A program made the position numbers and the translations under genes. DNA of 64,000 nucleotides from the human T2T-CHM13v2.0 reference genome, Homo sapiens: assembly GCF_009914755.1 (NCBI RefSeq), contig NC_060948.1, one strand, 5' to 3'. The notes beneath the pieces were generated by a model. It was not told the DNA's origin. It was given only the letters and a program-made list of their open reading frames with translations, and made no database searches. This document shows positions 28,393-42,523 of the stretch, in pieces. Position 1 is the first letter of the stretch; every line of letters begins with the position of its first letter.

Positions 28393-31300
28393 AAATCGCA
28401 TAGAATGGAGTGGAATCAAATGGAATTGAATCGAAAGGAAAGGAAGCGAATGGACTGAAATGAAATGGAATGGAATTGAATGGAAAGTAAAGCAATGGAA
28501 TAGAATGGAACGAAATTTCACGGAATGGAATCAAACTGAATGGAATCAAATCAATGGAATATAATCAAATGGAATGGAAAGGAATTGAATGGAGTAGATG
28601 GGATTGGATGGGATTGGAATGAAATGTACTGGAAAGGACTCGAATTTCATGAAACGGAATGGAATGAATTGGAACGGAATGGACTCGAATGGAATGGAAT
28701 GTCATGGAATGGCATCAAATGGAATGGAATCGAATGCAATGGAATGCTATGGAATGGAATGGAATGCATTGGAATGGAATGTCCTCTAATGGAATGGATT
28801 CGAGTGGAATGGAATCGAATATAATGGAGTCGAATGAAATGGAATTGAAAGGAATGGGATCGAATACAATGGAATATACTGGAATGTAATGTAATGAACT
28901 CGAATGTAATTGACTGGAATGGAATGTACATGAATGGAATGTAATCGAATGGAAAGTAATCCAATGGAATAGAATCTAATGCAAGAAAATCGACTCAGAT
29001 AGAGTAGAATGTAATGGAATGGAGTGCAGTGCAATGGAATGGAATGGAATGGAATGCAATGGAATGGAATGGAATGGGATGGAATGGTATGGAATGGATA
29101 GTAATGGACTGGAGTGAAATGGACTGGAAAGGAATGGACTCAAATTGAAAGGGCTTGAAAGGAATGGAGTCAAATGGAATGGTCTGGAATGGAATGAACA
29201 CGAATGTAATGCAATCCAATAGAATGGAATCGAATGGCATGGAATATAAAGAAATGGAATCGAAGAGAATGGAAACAAACGGAATGGAATTGAATGGAAT
29301 GGAATTGAATGGAATGGGAACGAATGGAGTGAAATTGTATGCAGTAGAAGAGAATAGAATGGAATGCAAGCGAAAGGAAAGGAATGGATTGGAATGGAAT
29401 GGAATTCATGGGAATGGAAGGGAATGTAGTGTAATGGACAGGCCTGGAATAAAGTGGAATGCTACGGTCTCGAATGGAATAAAAATGTATGGAATGGAAT
29501 GCAAAGAAACGGAATCGAATGTCATAGAATGTAATGGAATGCAAAAAAATGGACTCCAAAATCATTGACTGGAAAGGCTGGGTGTCGAAAGGAATTGACT
29601 CCAATGGAATGGAATCGAATGGAATGGAAGTGAATAGAATCGAACTAAATCGAATGGAATGGAATTGATAGGAACGGAATGGAAAGGAATGAAATGATTT
29701 GGCATGGAATGGAATCGAATGGCATCGAATGGAATGGAATGGAATGCAATGCAATGGAATGTATTAGAATGTAATGAACTTTAATGGAATGTACTCTAAT
29801 GGATTCGACTGGAATGGAATGTTCTGGAAGTGAATGGACTCCAACGGAATGGATTGAAAAGGAATGGAATCGTACGGAATGGAATCTAATGGAATGGAAT
29901 TAAATGGAAATGAATCAAATTGAATAGCACGGAATTGAATTGAATGGAATCGAATGCAATGGAATCTAATGAAACGGAAAGGAAAGGAATGGAATGGAAT
30001 GGAATGGGCTGGAATGGAAAGGAATCGAAACGAATGGAATGGAATCGAACTGAAGAGACTGGAATGGAATGCACTGGAATGGAAGGGAGTGTAATGGAAG
30101 GTTCTCGAAAAAAATGGAATCGAATGGAATGGAATTGAATGGAACGGAATAGAGTCGAATGGAATTGAATGGAATGGAATGGACTAGAGTGAAATGGAAT
30201 CGAACCACAAGGAATGGACAGGAATAGAATGGTCTCGAATTGAATGGAATCGTATGGAATGGCATCAAACGGAATGGAATGGACAGCCACGGAATGGAAT
30301 GCACTCGAATGCAATGGAGTCGAAACTAATGGACTGGAATAGAATGGACTCGACTGGTACGGACTCCAATGGAATGGAATCGAATGGAAGGGAATCGAAC
30401 GGAATGGACTCGAAGGGAAAAGACTGCAATGGAAAGGTCTCGAATGGAATGGAAATTAATGGAATGGAATGGAATCGAATGAAATGGAGTCAAAAGGAAT
30501 GGAATCGAATGGCAAGAAATCGAATGTAATGGAATCGCAAGGAATTGATGTGAACGGAACGGAATGGAATGGAATCCAAAGAAATGGAATAGAATGGAAT
30601 GGAATCGAATGGAAAGAACTCGAATGGAAATCACTCGAATAGAATGCAATTTAATAAAATAGGATGAAATGTAATTGAATGGAATGGAAAGGAATCGAAA
30701 CGAAAGGAATGGAGACAGATGGAATGGAATGGAACAGAGAGCAATGGTATAGAATGGAATGGAATCATCTGGAATGGAATTGAATGGAATGGAATAATAT
30801 GAAATGGAATGGAATGGAATGGAATGCCCTTGAATTAAATGGACTGGAATGGAATGGACTCGAACAGAGTGGAATGGAATGTGTTGAGATAGAATGGAAT
30901 GGACTCCTTTGGAATGGTCTAGTATGCAATGCAATCGACTGGCAGGGAATCAAAAGGAATGTAATCGAATGGATTGGACTGGAATGCAATGGACTCGAAT
31001 AGATAGGAAACGGAATGCAAAGGAATGGAATGGAATAGTATGGAATGGAATGGAAAGGAATGGAGTGGAATAGACTAGAGTGGAATGGAATGGACTCGAA
31101 AGCAATGGACTGGAATGGAACTTTCTTGAATGGACTGGAATCAAACGGAATGGAATGCAATGCAATCAAATGGCATGGAATAAAATAGAATGAAAGAGAA
31201 TCAAATGGAATTGAATCGAATGGAATCGAATGGATTGGAAAGGAATAGAATGGAATGGAATGGAATTGACTCAAATGGAATGGACTAGAATGGAATGGAT

Positions 31301-31911
31301 TCGAATGGAAGGCAAAGGAATGGAATCTATTGGAATGGACAGCAATGGAATGGAAAGGAAGGGATTGGAATGGACTCGAATGGAATGGACTGCAATAGAA
31401 AGGATTCGAATGGAATGAAAAAGAATTGAATGGAATAGAACAGAATGGAATCAAATCGAATGAAATGGAATGGAATAGAAAGGAATGGAATGAAATGGAA
31501 TGGAAAGGATTCGAATGGAATGCAATCGAATGGAATGGAATCGAACGGAATGGAATAAAATGGAAGAAAACTGGCAAGAAATGGAATCGAAATGAATGGA
31601 GTGTTATGGAACGGACTCCAAAGGAATTGAATGTAATAGAATGGAGTGGAGTGGACTCGAATATAATGGACTGGAATGGAATGAAATCACATGGAATGGG
31701 AACGAATGGAATGGAATGGAAAGGAATGGAATCGAATGGAAAGGAATCGAATGGAAGGGAATGAAATTGAATCAACAGGAATGGAAGGGAATAGAATAGA
31801 CGGTAATGGAATGGACTCGAATAGAATGGACACGAATGCTCAAATTGAATGGACTCGAATGGAATGGAAACGAAAGGAATGTCATCGAATGGAATTGAAT
31901 CGATTGGAATG
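28393..31911 (+). repeat. DYZ1 unit U9, 3519 bp (15-bp x1)
   Basis: Landmark spacing 28540->32059; ORF 94 aa versus 99 aa. Confidence 0.92.
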
Positions 31912-34900
31912 AAATCGCATAGAATGGAGTGGAATCAAATGGAATTGAGTCGAAAGGAAAGGAAGCGAATGGACTGAAATGAAATGGAATGGAATTGAAT
32001 GGAAAGTAAAGCAATGGAATAGAATGGAACGAAATTTCACGGAATGGAATCAAACTGAATGGAATCAAATCAATGGAATATAATCAAATGGAATGGAAAG
32101 GAATTGAATGGAGTAGATGGGATTGGATGGGATTGGAATGAAATGTACTGGAAAGGACTCGAATTTCATGAAACGGAATGGAATGAATTGGAACGGAATG
32201 GACTCGAATGGAATGGAATGTCATGGAATGGCATCAAATGGAATGGAATCGAATGCAATGGAATGCTATGGAATGGAATGGAATGCATTGGAATGGAATG
32301 TCCTCTAATGGAATGGATTCGAGTGGAATGGAATCGAATATAATGGAGTCGAATGAAATGGAATTGAAAGGAATGGGATCGAATACAATGGAATATACTG
32401 GAATGTAATGTAATGAACTCGAATGTAATTGACTGGAATGGAATGTACATGAATGGAATGTAATCGAATGGAAAGTAATCCAATGGAATAGAATCTAATG
32501 CAAGAAAATCGACTCAGATAGAGTAGAATGTAATGGAATGGAGTGCAGTGCAATGGAATGGAATGGAATGGAATGCAATGGAATGGAATGGAATGGGATG
32601 GAATGGTATGGAATGGATAGTAATGGACTGGAGTGAAATGGACTGGAAAGGAATGGACTCAAATTGAAAGGGCTTGAAAGGAATGGAGTCAAATGGAATG
32701 GTCTGGAATGGAATGAACACGAATGTAATGCAATCCAATAGAATGGAATCGAATGGCATGGAATATAAAGAAATGGAATCGAAGAGAATGGAAACAAACG
32801 GAATGGAATTGAATGGAATGGAATTGAATGGAATGGGAACGAATGGAGTGAAATTGTATGCAGTAGAAGAGAATAGAATGGAATGCAAGCGAAAGGAAAG
32901 GAATGGATTGGAATGGAATGGAATTCATGGGAATGGAAGGGAATGTAGTGTAATGGACAGGCCTGGAATAAAGTGGAATGCTACGGTCTCGAATGGAATA
33001 AAAATGTATGGAATGGAATGCAAAGAAACGGAATCGAATGTCATAGAATGTAATGGAATGCAAAAAAATGGACTCCAAAATCATTGACTGGAAAGGCTGG
33101 GTGTCGAAAGGAATTGACTCCAATGGAATGGAATCGAATGGAATGGAAGTGAATAGAATCGAACTAAATCGAATGGAATGGAATTGATAGGAATGGAATG
33201 GAAAGGAATGAAATGATTTGGCATGGAATGGAATCGAATGGCATCGAATGGAATGGAATGGAATGCAATGCAATGGAATGTATTAGAATGTAATGAACTT
33301 TAATGGAATGTACTCTAATGGATTCGACTGGAATGGAATGTTCTGGAAGTGAATGGACTCCAACGGAATGGATTGGAAAGGAATGGAATCGTACGGAATG
33401 GAATCTAATGGAATGGAATTAAATGGAAATGAATCAAATTGAATAGCACGGAATTGAATTGAATGGAATCGAATGCAATGGAATCTAATGAAACGGAAAG
33501 GAAAGGAATGGAATGGAATGGAATGGGCTGGAATGGAAAGGAATCGAAACGAATGGAATGGAATCGAACTGAAGAGACTGGAATGGAATGCACTGGAATG
33601 GAAGGGAGTGTAATGGAAGGTTCTCGAAAAAAATGGAATCGAATGGAATGGAATTGAATGGAACGGAATAGAGTCGAATGGAATTGAATGGAATGGAATG
33701 GACTAGAGTGAAATGGAATCGAACCACAAGGAATGGACAGGAATAGAATGGTCTCGAATTGAATGGAATCGTATGGAATGGCATCAAACGGAATGGAATG
33801 GACAGCCACGGAATGGAATGCACTCGAATGCAATGGAGTCGAACCTAATGGACTGGAATAGAATGGACTCGACTGGTACGGACTCCAATGGAATGGAATC
33901 GAATGGAAGGGAATCGAACGGAATGGACTCGAAGGGAAAAGACTGCAATGGAAAGGTCTCGAATGGAATGGAAATTAATGGAATGGAATGGAATCGAATG
34001 AAATGGAGTCAAAAGGAATGGAATCGAATGGCAAGAAATCGAATGTAATGGAATCGCAAGGAATTGATGTGAACGGAACGGAATGGAATGGAATCCAAAG
34101 AAATGGAATAGAATGGAATGGAATCGAATGGAAAGAACTCGAATGGAAATCACTCGAATAGAATGCAATTTAATAAAATAGGATGAAATGTAATTGAATG
34201 GAATGGAAAGGAATCGAAACGAAAGGAATGGAGACAGATGGAATGGAATGGAACAGAGAGCAATGGTATAGAATGGAATGGAATCATCTGGAATGGAATT
34301 GAATGGAATGGAATAATATGAAATGGAATGGAATGGAATGGAATGCCCTTGAATTAAATGGACTGGAATGGAATGGACTCGAACAGAGTGGAATGGAATG
34401 TGTTGAGATAGAATGGAATGGACTCCTTTGGAATGGTCTAGTATGCAATGCAATCGACTGGCAGGGAATCAAAAGGAATGTAATCGAATGGATTGGACTG
34501 GAATGCAATGGACTCGAATAGATAGGAAACGGAATGCAAAGGAATGGAATGGAATAGTATGGAATGGAATGGAAAGGAATGGAGTGGAATAGACTAGAGT
34601 GGAATGGAATGGACTCGAAAGCAATGGACTGGAATGGAACTTTCTTGAATGGACTGGAATCAAACGGAATGGAATGCAATGCAATCAAATGGCATGGAAT
34701 AAAATAGAATGAAAGAGAATCAAATGGAATTGAATCGAATGGAATCGAATGGATTGGAAAGGAATAGAATGGAATGGAATGGAATTGACTCAAATGGAAT
34801 GGAGTAGAATGGAATGGATTCGAATGGAAGGCAAAGGAATGGAATCTATTGGAATGGACAGCAATGGAATGGAAAGGAAGGGATTGGAATGGACTCGAAT

Positions 34901-35430
34901 GGAATGGACTGCAATAGAAAGGATTCGAATGGAATGAAAAAGAATTGAATGGAATAGAACAGAATGGAATCAAATCGAATGAAATGGAATGGAATAGAAA
35001 GGAATGGAATGAAATGGAATGGAAAGGATTCGAATGGAATGCAATCGAATGGAATGGAATCGAACGGAATGGAATAAAATGGAAGAAAACTGGCAAGAAA
35101 TGGAATCGAAATGAATGGAGTGTTATGGAACGGACTCCAAAGGAATTGAATGTAATAGAATGGATTGGAGTGGACTCGAATATAATGGACTGGAATGGAA
35201 TGAAATCACATGGAATGGGAACGAATGGAATGGAATGGAAAGGAATGGAATCGAATGGAAAGGAATCGAATGGAAGGGAATGAAATTGAATCAACAGGAA
35301 TGGAAGGGAATAGAATAGACGGTAATGGAATGGACTCGAATAGAATGGACACGAATGCTCAAATTGAATGGACTCGAATGGAATGGAAACGAAAGGAATG
35401 TCATCGAATGGAATTGAATCGATTGGAATG
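31912..35430 (+). repeat. DYZ1 unit U10, 3519 bp
   Basis: Landmark spacing 32059->35578. Confidence 0.92.
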
Positions 35431-38400
35431 AAATCGCATAGAATGGAGTGGAATCAAATGGAATTGAATCGAAAGGAAAGGAAGCGAATGGACTGAAATG
35501 AAATGGAATGGAATTGAATGGAAAGTAAAGCAATGGAATAGAATGGAACGAAATTTCACGGAATGGAATCAAACTGAATGGAATCAAATCAATGGAATAT
35601 AATCAAATGGAATGGAAAGGAATTGAATGGAGTAGATGGGATTGGATGGGATTGGAATGAAATGTACTGGAAAGGACTCGAATTTCATGAAACGGAATGG
35701 AATGAATTGGAACGGAATGGACTCGAATGGAATGGAATGTCATGGAATGGCATCAAATGGAATGGAATCGAATGCAATGGAATGCTATGGAATGGAATGG
35801 AATGCATTGGAATGGAATGTCCTCTAATGGAATGGATTCGAGTGGAATGGAATCGAATATAATGGAGTCGAATGAAATGGAATTGAAAGGAATGGGATCG
35901 AATACAATGGAATATACTGGAATGTAATGTAATGAACTCGAATGTAATTGACTGGAATGGAATGTACATGAATGGAATGTAATCGAATGGAAAGTAATCC
36001 AATGGAATAGAATCTAATGCAAGAAAATCGACTCAGATAGAGTAGAATGTAATGGAATGGAGTGCAGTGCAATGGAATGGAATGGAATGGAATGCAATGG
36101 AATGGAATGGAATGGGATGGAATGGTATGGAATGGATAGTAATGGACTGGAGTGAAATGGACTGTAAAGGAATGGACTCAAATTGAAAGGGCTTGAAAGG
36201 AATGGAGTCAAATGGAATGGTCTGGAATGGAATGAACACGAATGTAATGCAATCCAATAGAATGGAATCGAATGGCATGGAATATAAAGAAATGGAATCG
36301 AAGAGAATGGAAACAAACGGAATGGAATTGAATGGAATGGAATTGAATGGAATGGGAACGAATGGAGTGAAATTGTATGCAGTAGAAGAGAATAGAATGG
36401 AATGCAAGCGAAAGGAAAGGAATGGATTGGAATGGAATGGAATTCATGGGAATGGAAGGGAATGTAGTGTAATGGACAGGCCTGGAATAAAGTGGAATGC
36501 TACGGTCTCGAATGGAATAAAAATGTATGGAATGCAATGCAAAGAAACGGAATCGAATGTCATAGAATGTAATGGAATGCAAAAAAATGGACTCCAAAAT
36601 CATTGACTGGAAAGGCTGGGTGTCGAAAGGAATTGACTCCAATGGAATGGAATCGAATGGAATGGAAGTGAATAGAATCGAACTAAATCGAATGGAATGG
36701 AATTGATAGGAACGGAATGGAAAGGAATGAAATGATTTGGCATGGAATGGAATCGAATGGCATCGAATGGAATGGAATGGAATGCAATGCAATGGAATGT
36801 ATTAGAATGTAATGAACTTTAATGGAATGTACTCTAATGGATTCGACTGGAATGGAATGTTCTGGAAGTGAATGGACTCCAACGGAATGGATTGAAAAGG
36901 AATGGAATCGTACGGAATGGAATCTAATGGAATGGAATTAAATGGAAATGAATCAAATTGAATAGCACGGAATTGAATTGAATGGAATCGAATGCAATGG
37001 AATCTAATGAAACGGAAAGGAAAGGAATGGAATGGAATGGAATGGGCTGGAATGGAAAGGAATCGAAACGAATGGAATGGAATCGAACTGAAGAGACTGG
37101 AATGGAATGCACTGGAATGGAAGGGAGTGTAATGGAAGGTTCTCGAAAAAAATGGAATCGAATGGAATGGAATTGAATGGAACGGAATAGAGTCGAATGG
37201 AATTGAATGGAATGGAATGGACTAGAGTGAAATGGAATCGAACCACAAGGAATGGACAGGAATAGAATGGTCTCGAATTGAATGGAATCGTATGGAATGG
37301 CATCAAACGGAATGGAATGGACAGCCACGGAATGGAATGCACTCGAATGCAATGGAGTCGAAACTAATGGACTGGAATAGAATGGACTCGACTGGTACGG
37401 ACTCCAATGGAATGGAATCGAATGGAAGGGAATCGAACGGAATGGACTCGAAGGGAAAAGACTGCAATGGAAAGGTCTCGAATGGAATGGAAATTAATGG
37501 AATGGAATGGAATCGAATGAAATAGAGTCAAAAGGAATGGAATCGAATGGCAAGAAATCGAATGTAATGGAATCGCAAGGAATTGATGTGAACGGAACGG
37601 AATGGAATGGAATCCAAAGAAATGGAATAGAATGGAATGGAATCGAATGGAAAGAACTCGAATGGAAATCACTCGAATAGAATGCAATTTAATAAAATAG
37701 GATGAAATGTAATGGAATGGAATGGAAAGGAATCGAAACGAAAGGAATGGAGACAGATGGAATGGAATGGAACAGAGAGCAATGGTATAGAATGGAATGG
37801 AATCATCTGGAATGGAATTGAATGGAATGGAATAATATGAAATGGAATGGAATGGAATGGAATGCCCTTGAATTAAATGGACTGGAATGGAATGGACTCG
37901 AACAGAGTGGAATGGAATGTGTTGAGATAGAATGGAATGGACTCCTTTGGAATGGTCTAGTATGCAATGCAATCGACTGGCAGGGAATCAAAAGGAATGT
38001 AATCGAATGGATTGGACTGGAATGCAATGGACTCGAATAGATAGGAAACGGAATGCAAAGGAATGGAATGGAATAGTATGGAATGGAATGGAAAGGAATG
38101 GAGTGGAATAGACTAGAGTGGAATGGAATGGACTCGAAAGCAGTGGACTGGAATGGAACTTTCTTGAATGGACTGGAATCAAACGGAATGGAATGCAATG
38201 CAATCAAATGGCATGGAATAAAATAGAATGAAAGAGAATCAAATGGAATTGAATCGAATGGAATCGAATGGATTGGAAAGGAATAGAATGGAATGGAATG
38301 GAATTGACTCAAATGGAATGGAGTAGAATGGAATGGATTCGAATGGAAGGCAAAGGAATGGAATCTATTGGAATGGACAGCAATGGAATGGAAAGGAAGG

Positions 38401-38949
38401 GATTGGAATGGACTCGAATGGAATGGACTGCAATAGAAAGGATTCGAATGGAATGAAAAAGAATTGAATGGAATAGAACAGAATGGAATCAAATCGAATG
38501 AAATGGAATGGAATAGAAAGGAATGGAATGAAATGGAATGGAAAGGATTCGAATGGAATGCAATCGAATGGAATGGAATCGAACGGAATGGAATAAAATG
38601 GAAGAAAACTGGCAAGAAATGGAATCGAAATGAATGGAGTGTTATGGAACGGACTCCAAAGGAATTGAATGTAATAGAATGGATTGGAGTGGACTCGAAT
38701 ATAATGGACTGGAATGGAATGAAATCACATGGAATGGGAACGAATGGAATGGAATGGAAAGGAATGGAATCGAATGGAAAGGAATCGAATGGAAGGGAAT
38801 GAAATTGAATCAACAGGAATGGAAGGGAATAGAATAGACGGTAATGGAATGGACTCGAATAGAATGGACACGAATGCTCAAATTGAATGGACTCGAATGG
38901 AATGGAAACGAAAGGAATGTCATCGAATGGAATGGAATCGATTGGAATG
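35431..38949 (+). repeat. DYZ1 unit U11, 3519 bp
   Basis: Landmark spacing 35578->39097. Confidence 0.92.
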
Positions 38950-41900
38950 AAATCGCATAGAATGGAGTGGAATCAAATGGAATTGAATCGAAAGGAAAGG
39001 AAGCGAATGGACTGAAATGAAATGGAATGGAATTGAATGGAAAGTAAAGCAATGGAATAGAATGGAACGAAATTTCACGGAATGGAATCAAACTGAATGG
39101 AATCAAATCAATGGAATATAATCAAATGGAATGGAAAGGAATTGAATGGAGTAGATGGGATTGGATGGGATTGGAATGAAATGTACTGGAAAGGACTCGA
39201 ATTTCATGAAACGGAATGGAATGAATTGGAACGGAATGGACTCGAATGGAATGGAATGTCATGGAATGGCATCAAATGGAATGGCATCAAATGGAATGGA
39301 ATCGAATGCAATGGAATGCTATGGAACGGAATGGAATGCATTGGAATGGAATGTCCTCTAATGGAATGGATTCGAGTGGAATGGAATCGAATATAATGGA
39401 GTCGAATGAAATGGAATTGAAAGGAATGGGATCGAATACAATGGAATATACTGGAATGTAATGTAATGAACTCGAATGTAATTGACTGGAATGGAATGTA
39501 CATGAATGGAATGTAATCGAATGGAAAGTAATCCAATGGAATAGAATCTAATGCAATAAAATCGACTCAGATAGAGTAGAATGTAATGGAATGGAGTGCA
39601 GTGCAATGGAATGGAATGGAATGGAATGCAATGGAATGGAATGGAATGGGATGGAATGGTATGGAATGGAATGGAATGGAATGGAATGGGATGGAATGGT
39701 ATGGAATGGATAGTAATGGACTGGAGTGAAATGGACTGGAAAGGAATGGACTCAAATTAAAAGGGCTCGAAAGGAATGGAGTCAAATGGAATGGTCTGGA
39801 ATGGAATGAACACGAATGTAATGCAATCCAATAGAATGGAATCGAATGGCATGGAATATAAAGAAATGGAATCGAAGAGAACGGAAACAAACGGAATGGA
39901 ATTGAATGGAATGGAATTGAATGGAATGGGAACGAATGGAGTGAAATTGTATGCAGTAGAAGAGAATAGAATGGAATGCAAGTGAAAGGAAAGGAATGGA
40001 TTGGAATGGAATGGAATTCATTGGAATGGAAGGGAATGTAGTGTAATGGACAGTCCTGGAATAAAGTGGAATGCTACGGTCTCGAATGGAATAAAAATGT
40101 ATGGAATGGAATGCAATGAAACGGAATCGAATGTCATAGAATGTAATGGAATGCAAAAAAATGGACTCCAAAATCATTGACTGGAAAGGCTGGGTGTCGA
40201 AAGGAATTGACTCCAATGGAATGGAATCGAATGGAATGGAAGTGAATAGAATCGAACTAAATCGAATGGAATGGAATTGATAGGAACGGAATGGAAAGGA
40301 ATGAAATGATTTAGCATGGAATGGAATCGAATGGCATCGAATGGAATGGAATGGAATGCAATGCAATGGAATGTATTAGAATGTAATGAACTTTAATGGA
40401 ATGTACTCAAATGGATTCGACTGGAATGGAATGTTCTGGAAGTGAATGGACTCCAATGGAATGGATTGAAAAGGAATGGAATCGTACGGAATGGAATCTA
40501 ATGGAATGGAATTAAATGGAAATGAATCAAATTGAATAGCACGGAATTGAATTGAATGGAATCGAATGCAATGGAATCTAATGAAACGGAAAGGAAAGGA
40601 ATGGAATGGAATGGAATGGGCTGGAATGGAAAGGAATCGAAACGAATGGAATGGAATCGAACTGAAGAGACTGGAATGGAATGCACTGGAATGGAAGGGA
40701 GTGTAATGGAAGGTTCTCGAAAAAAATGGAATCGAATGGAATGGAATTGAATGGAACGGAATAGAGTCGAATGGAATTGAATGGAATGAAATGGACTAGA
40801 GTGAAATGGAATCGAACCACAAGGAATGGACAGGAATAGAATGGTCTCGAATTGAATGGAATCGTATGGAATGGCATCAAACGGAATGGAATGGACAGCC
40901 ACGGAATGGAATGCACTCGAATGCAATGGAGTCGAACCTAATGGACTGGAATAGAATGGACTCGACTGGTACGGACTCCAATGGAATGGAATCGAATGGA
41001 AGGGAATCGAACGGAATGGACTCGAAGGGAAAAGACTGCAATGGAAAGGTCTCGAATGGAATGGAAATTAATGGAATGGAATGGAATCGAATGAAATGGA
41101 GTCAAAAGGAATGGAATCGAATGGCAAGAAATCGAATGTAATGGAATCGCAAGGAATTGATGTGAACGGAACGGAATGGAATGGAATCCAAAGAAATGGA
41201 ATAGAATGGAATGGAATCGAATGGAAAGAACTCGAATGGAAATCACTCGAATAGAATGCAATTTAATAAAATAGGATGAAATGTAATTGAATGGAATGGA
41301 AAGGAATCGAAACGAAAGGAATGGAGACAGATTGAATGGAATGGAACAGAGAGCAATGGTATAGAATGGAATGGAATCATCTGGAATGGAATTGAATGGA
41401 ATGGAATAATATGAAATGGAATGGAATGGAATGGAATGCCCTTGAATTAAATGGACTGGAATGGAATGGACTCGAACAGAGTGGAATGGAATGTGTTGAG
41501 ATAGAATGGAATGGACTCCTTTGGAATGGTCTAGTATGCAATGCAATCGACTGGCAGGGAATCAAAAGGAATGTAATCGAATGGATTGGACTGGAATGCA
41601 ATGGACTCGAATAGATTGGAAACGGAATGCAAAGGAATGGAATGGAATAGTATGGAATGGAATGGAAAGGAATGGAGTGGAATAGACTAGAGTGGAATGG
41701 AATGGACTCGAAAGCAATGGACTGGAATGGAACTTTCTTGAATGGACTGGAATCAAACGGAATGGAATGCAATGCAATCAAATGGCATGGAATAAAATAG
41801 AATGAAAGAGAATCAAATGGAATTGAATCGAATGCAATCGAATGGATTGGAAAGGAATAGAATGGAATGGAATGGAATTGACTCAAATGAAATGGACTAG

Positions 41901-42523
41901 AATGGAATGGATTCGAATGGAAGGCAAAGGAATGGAATCTATTGGAATGGACAGCAATGGAATGGAAAGGAAGGGATTGGAATGGACTCGAATGGAATGG
42001 ACTGCAATAGAAAGGATTCGAATGGAATGAAAAAGAATTGAATGGAATAGAACAGAATGGAATCAAATCGAATGAAATGGAATGGAATAGAAAGGAATGG
42101 AATGAAATGGAATGGAAAGGATTCGAATGGAATGCAATCGAATGGAATGGAATCGAACGGAATGGAATAAAATGGAAGAAAACTGGCAAGAAATGGAATC
42201 GAAATGAATGGAGTGTTATGGAACGGACTCCAAAGGAATTGAATGTAATAGAATGGAGTGGAGTGGACTCGAATATAATGGACTGGAATGGAATGAAATC
42301 ACATGGAATGGGAACGAATGGAATGGAATGGAAAGGAATGGAATCGAATGGAAAGGAATCGAATGGAAGGGAATGAAATTGAATCAACAGGAATGGAAGG
42401 GAATAGAATAGACGGTAATGGAATGGACTCGAATAGAATGGACACGAATGCTCAAATTGAATGGACTCGAATGGAATGGAAACGAAAGGAATGTCATCGA
42501 ATGGAATGGAATCGATTGGAATG
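38950..42523 (+). repeat. DYZ1 unit U12, 3574 bp; HaeIII/StuI site lost
   Basis: Landmark spacing 39097->42671; CAGTCCTG at 40051-40058. Confidence 0.92.
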
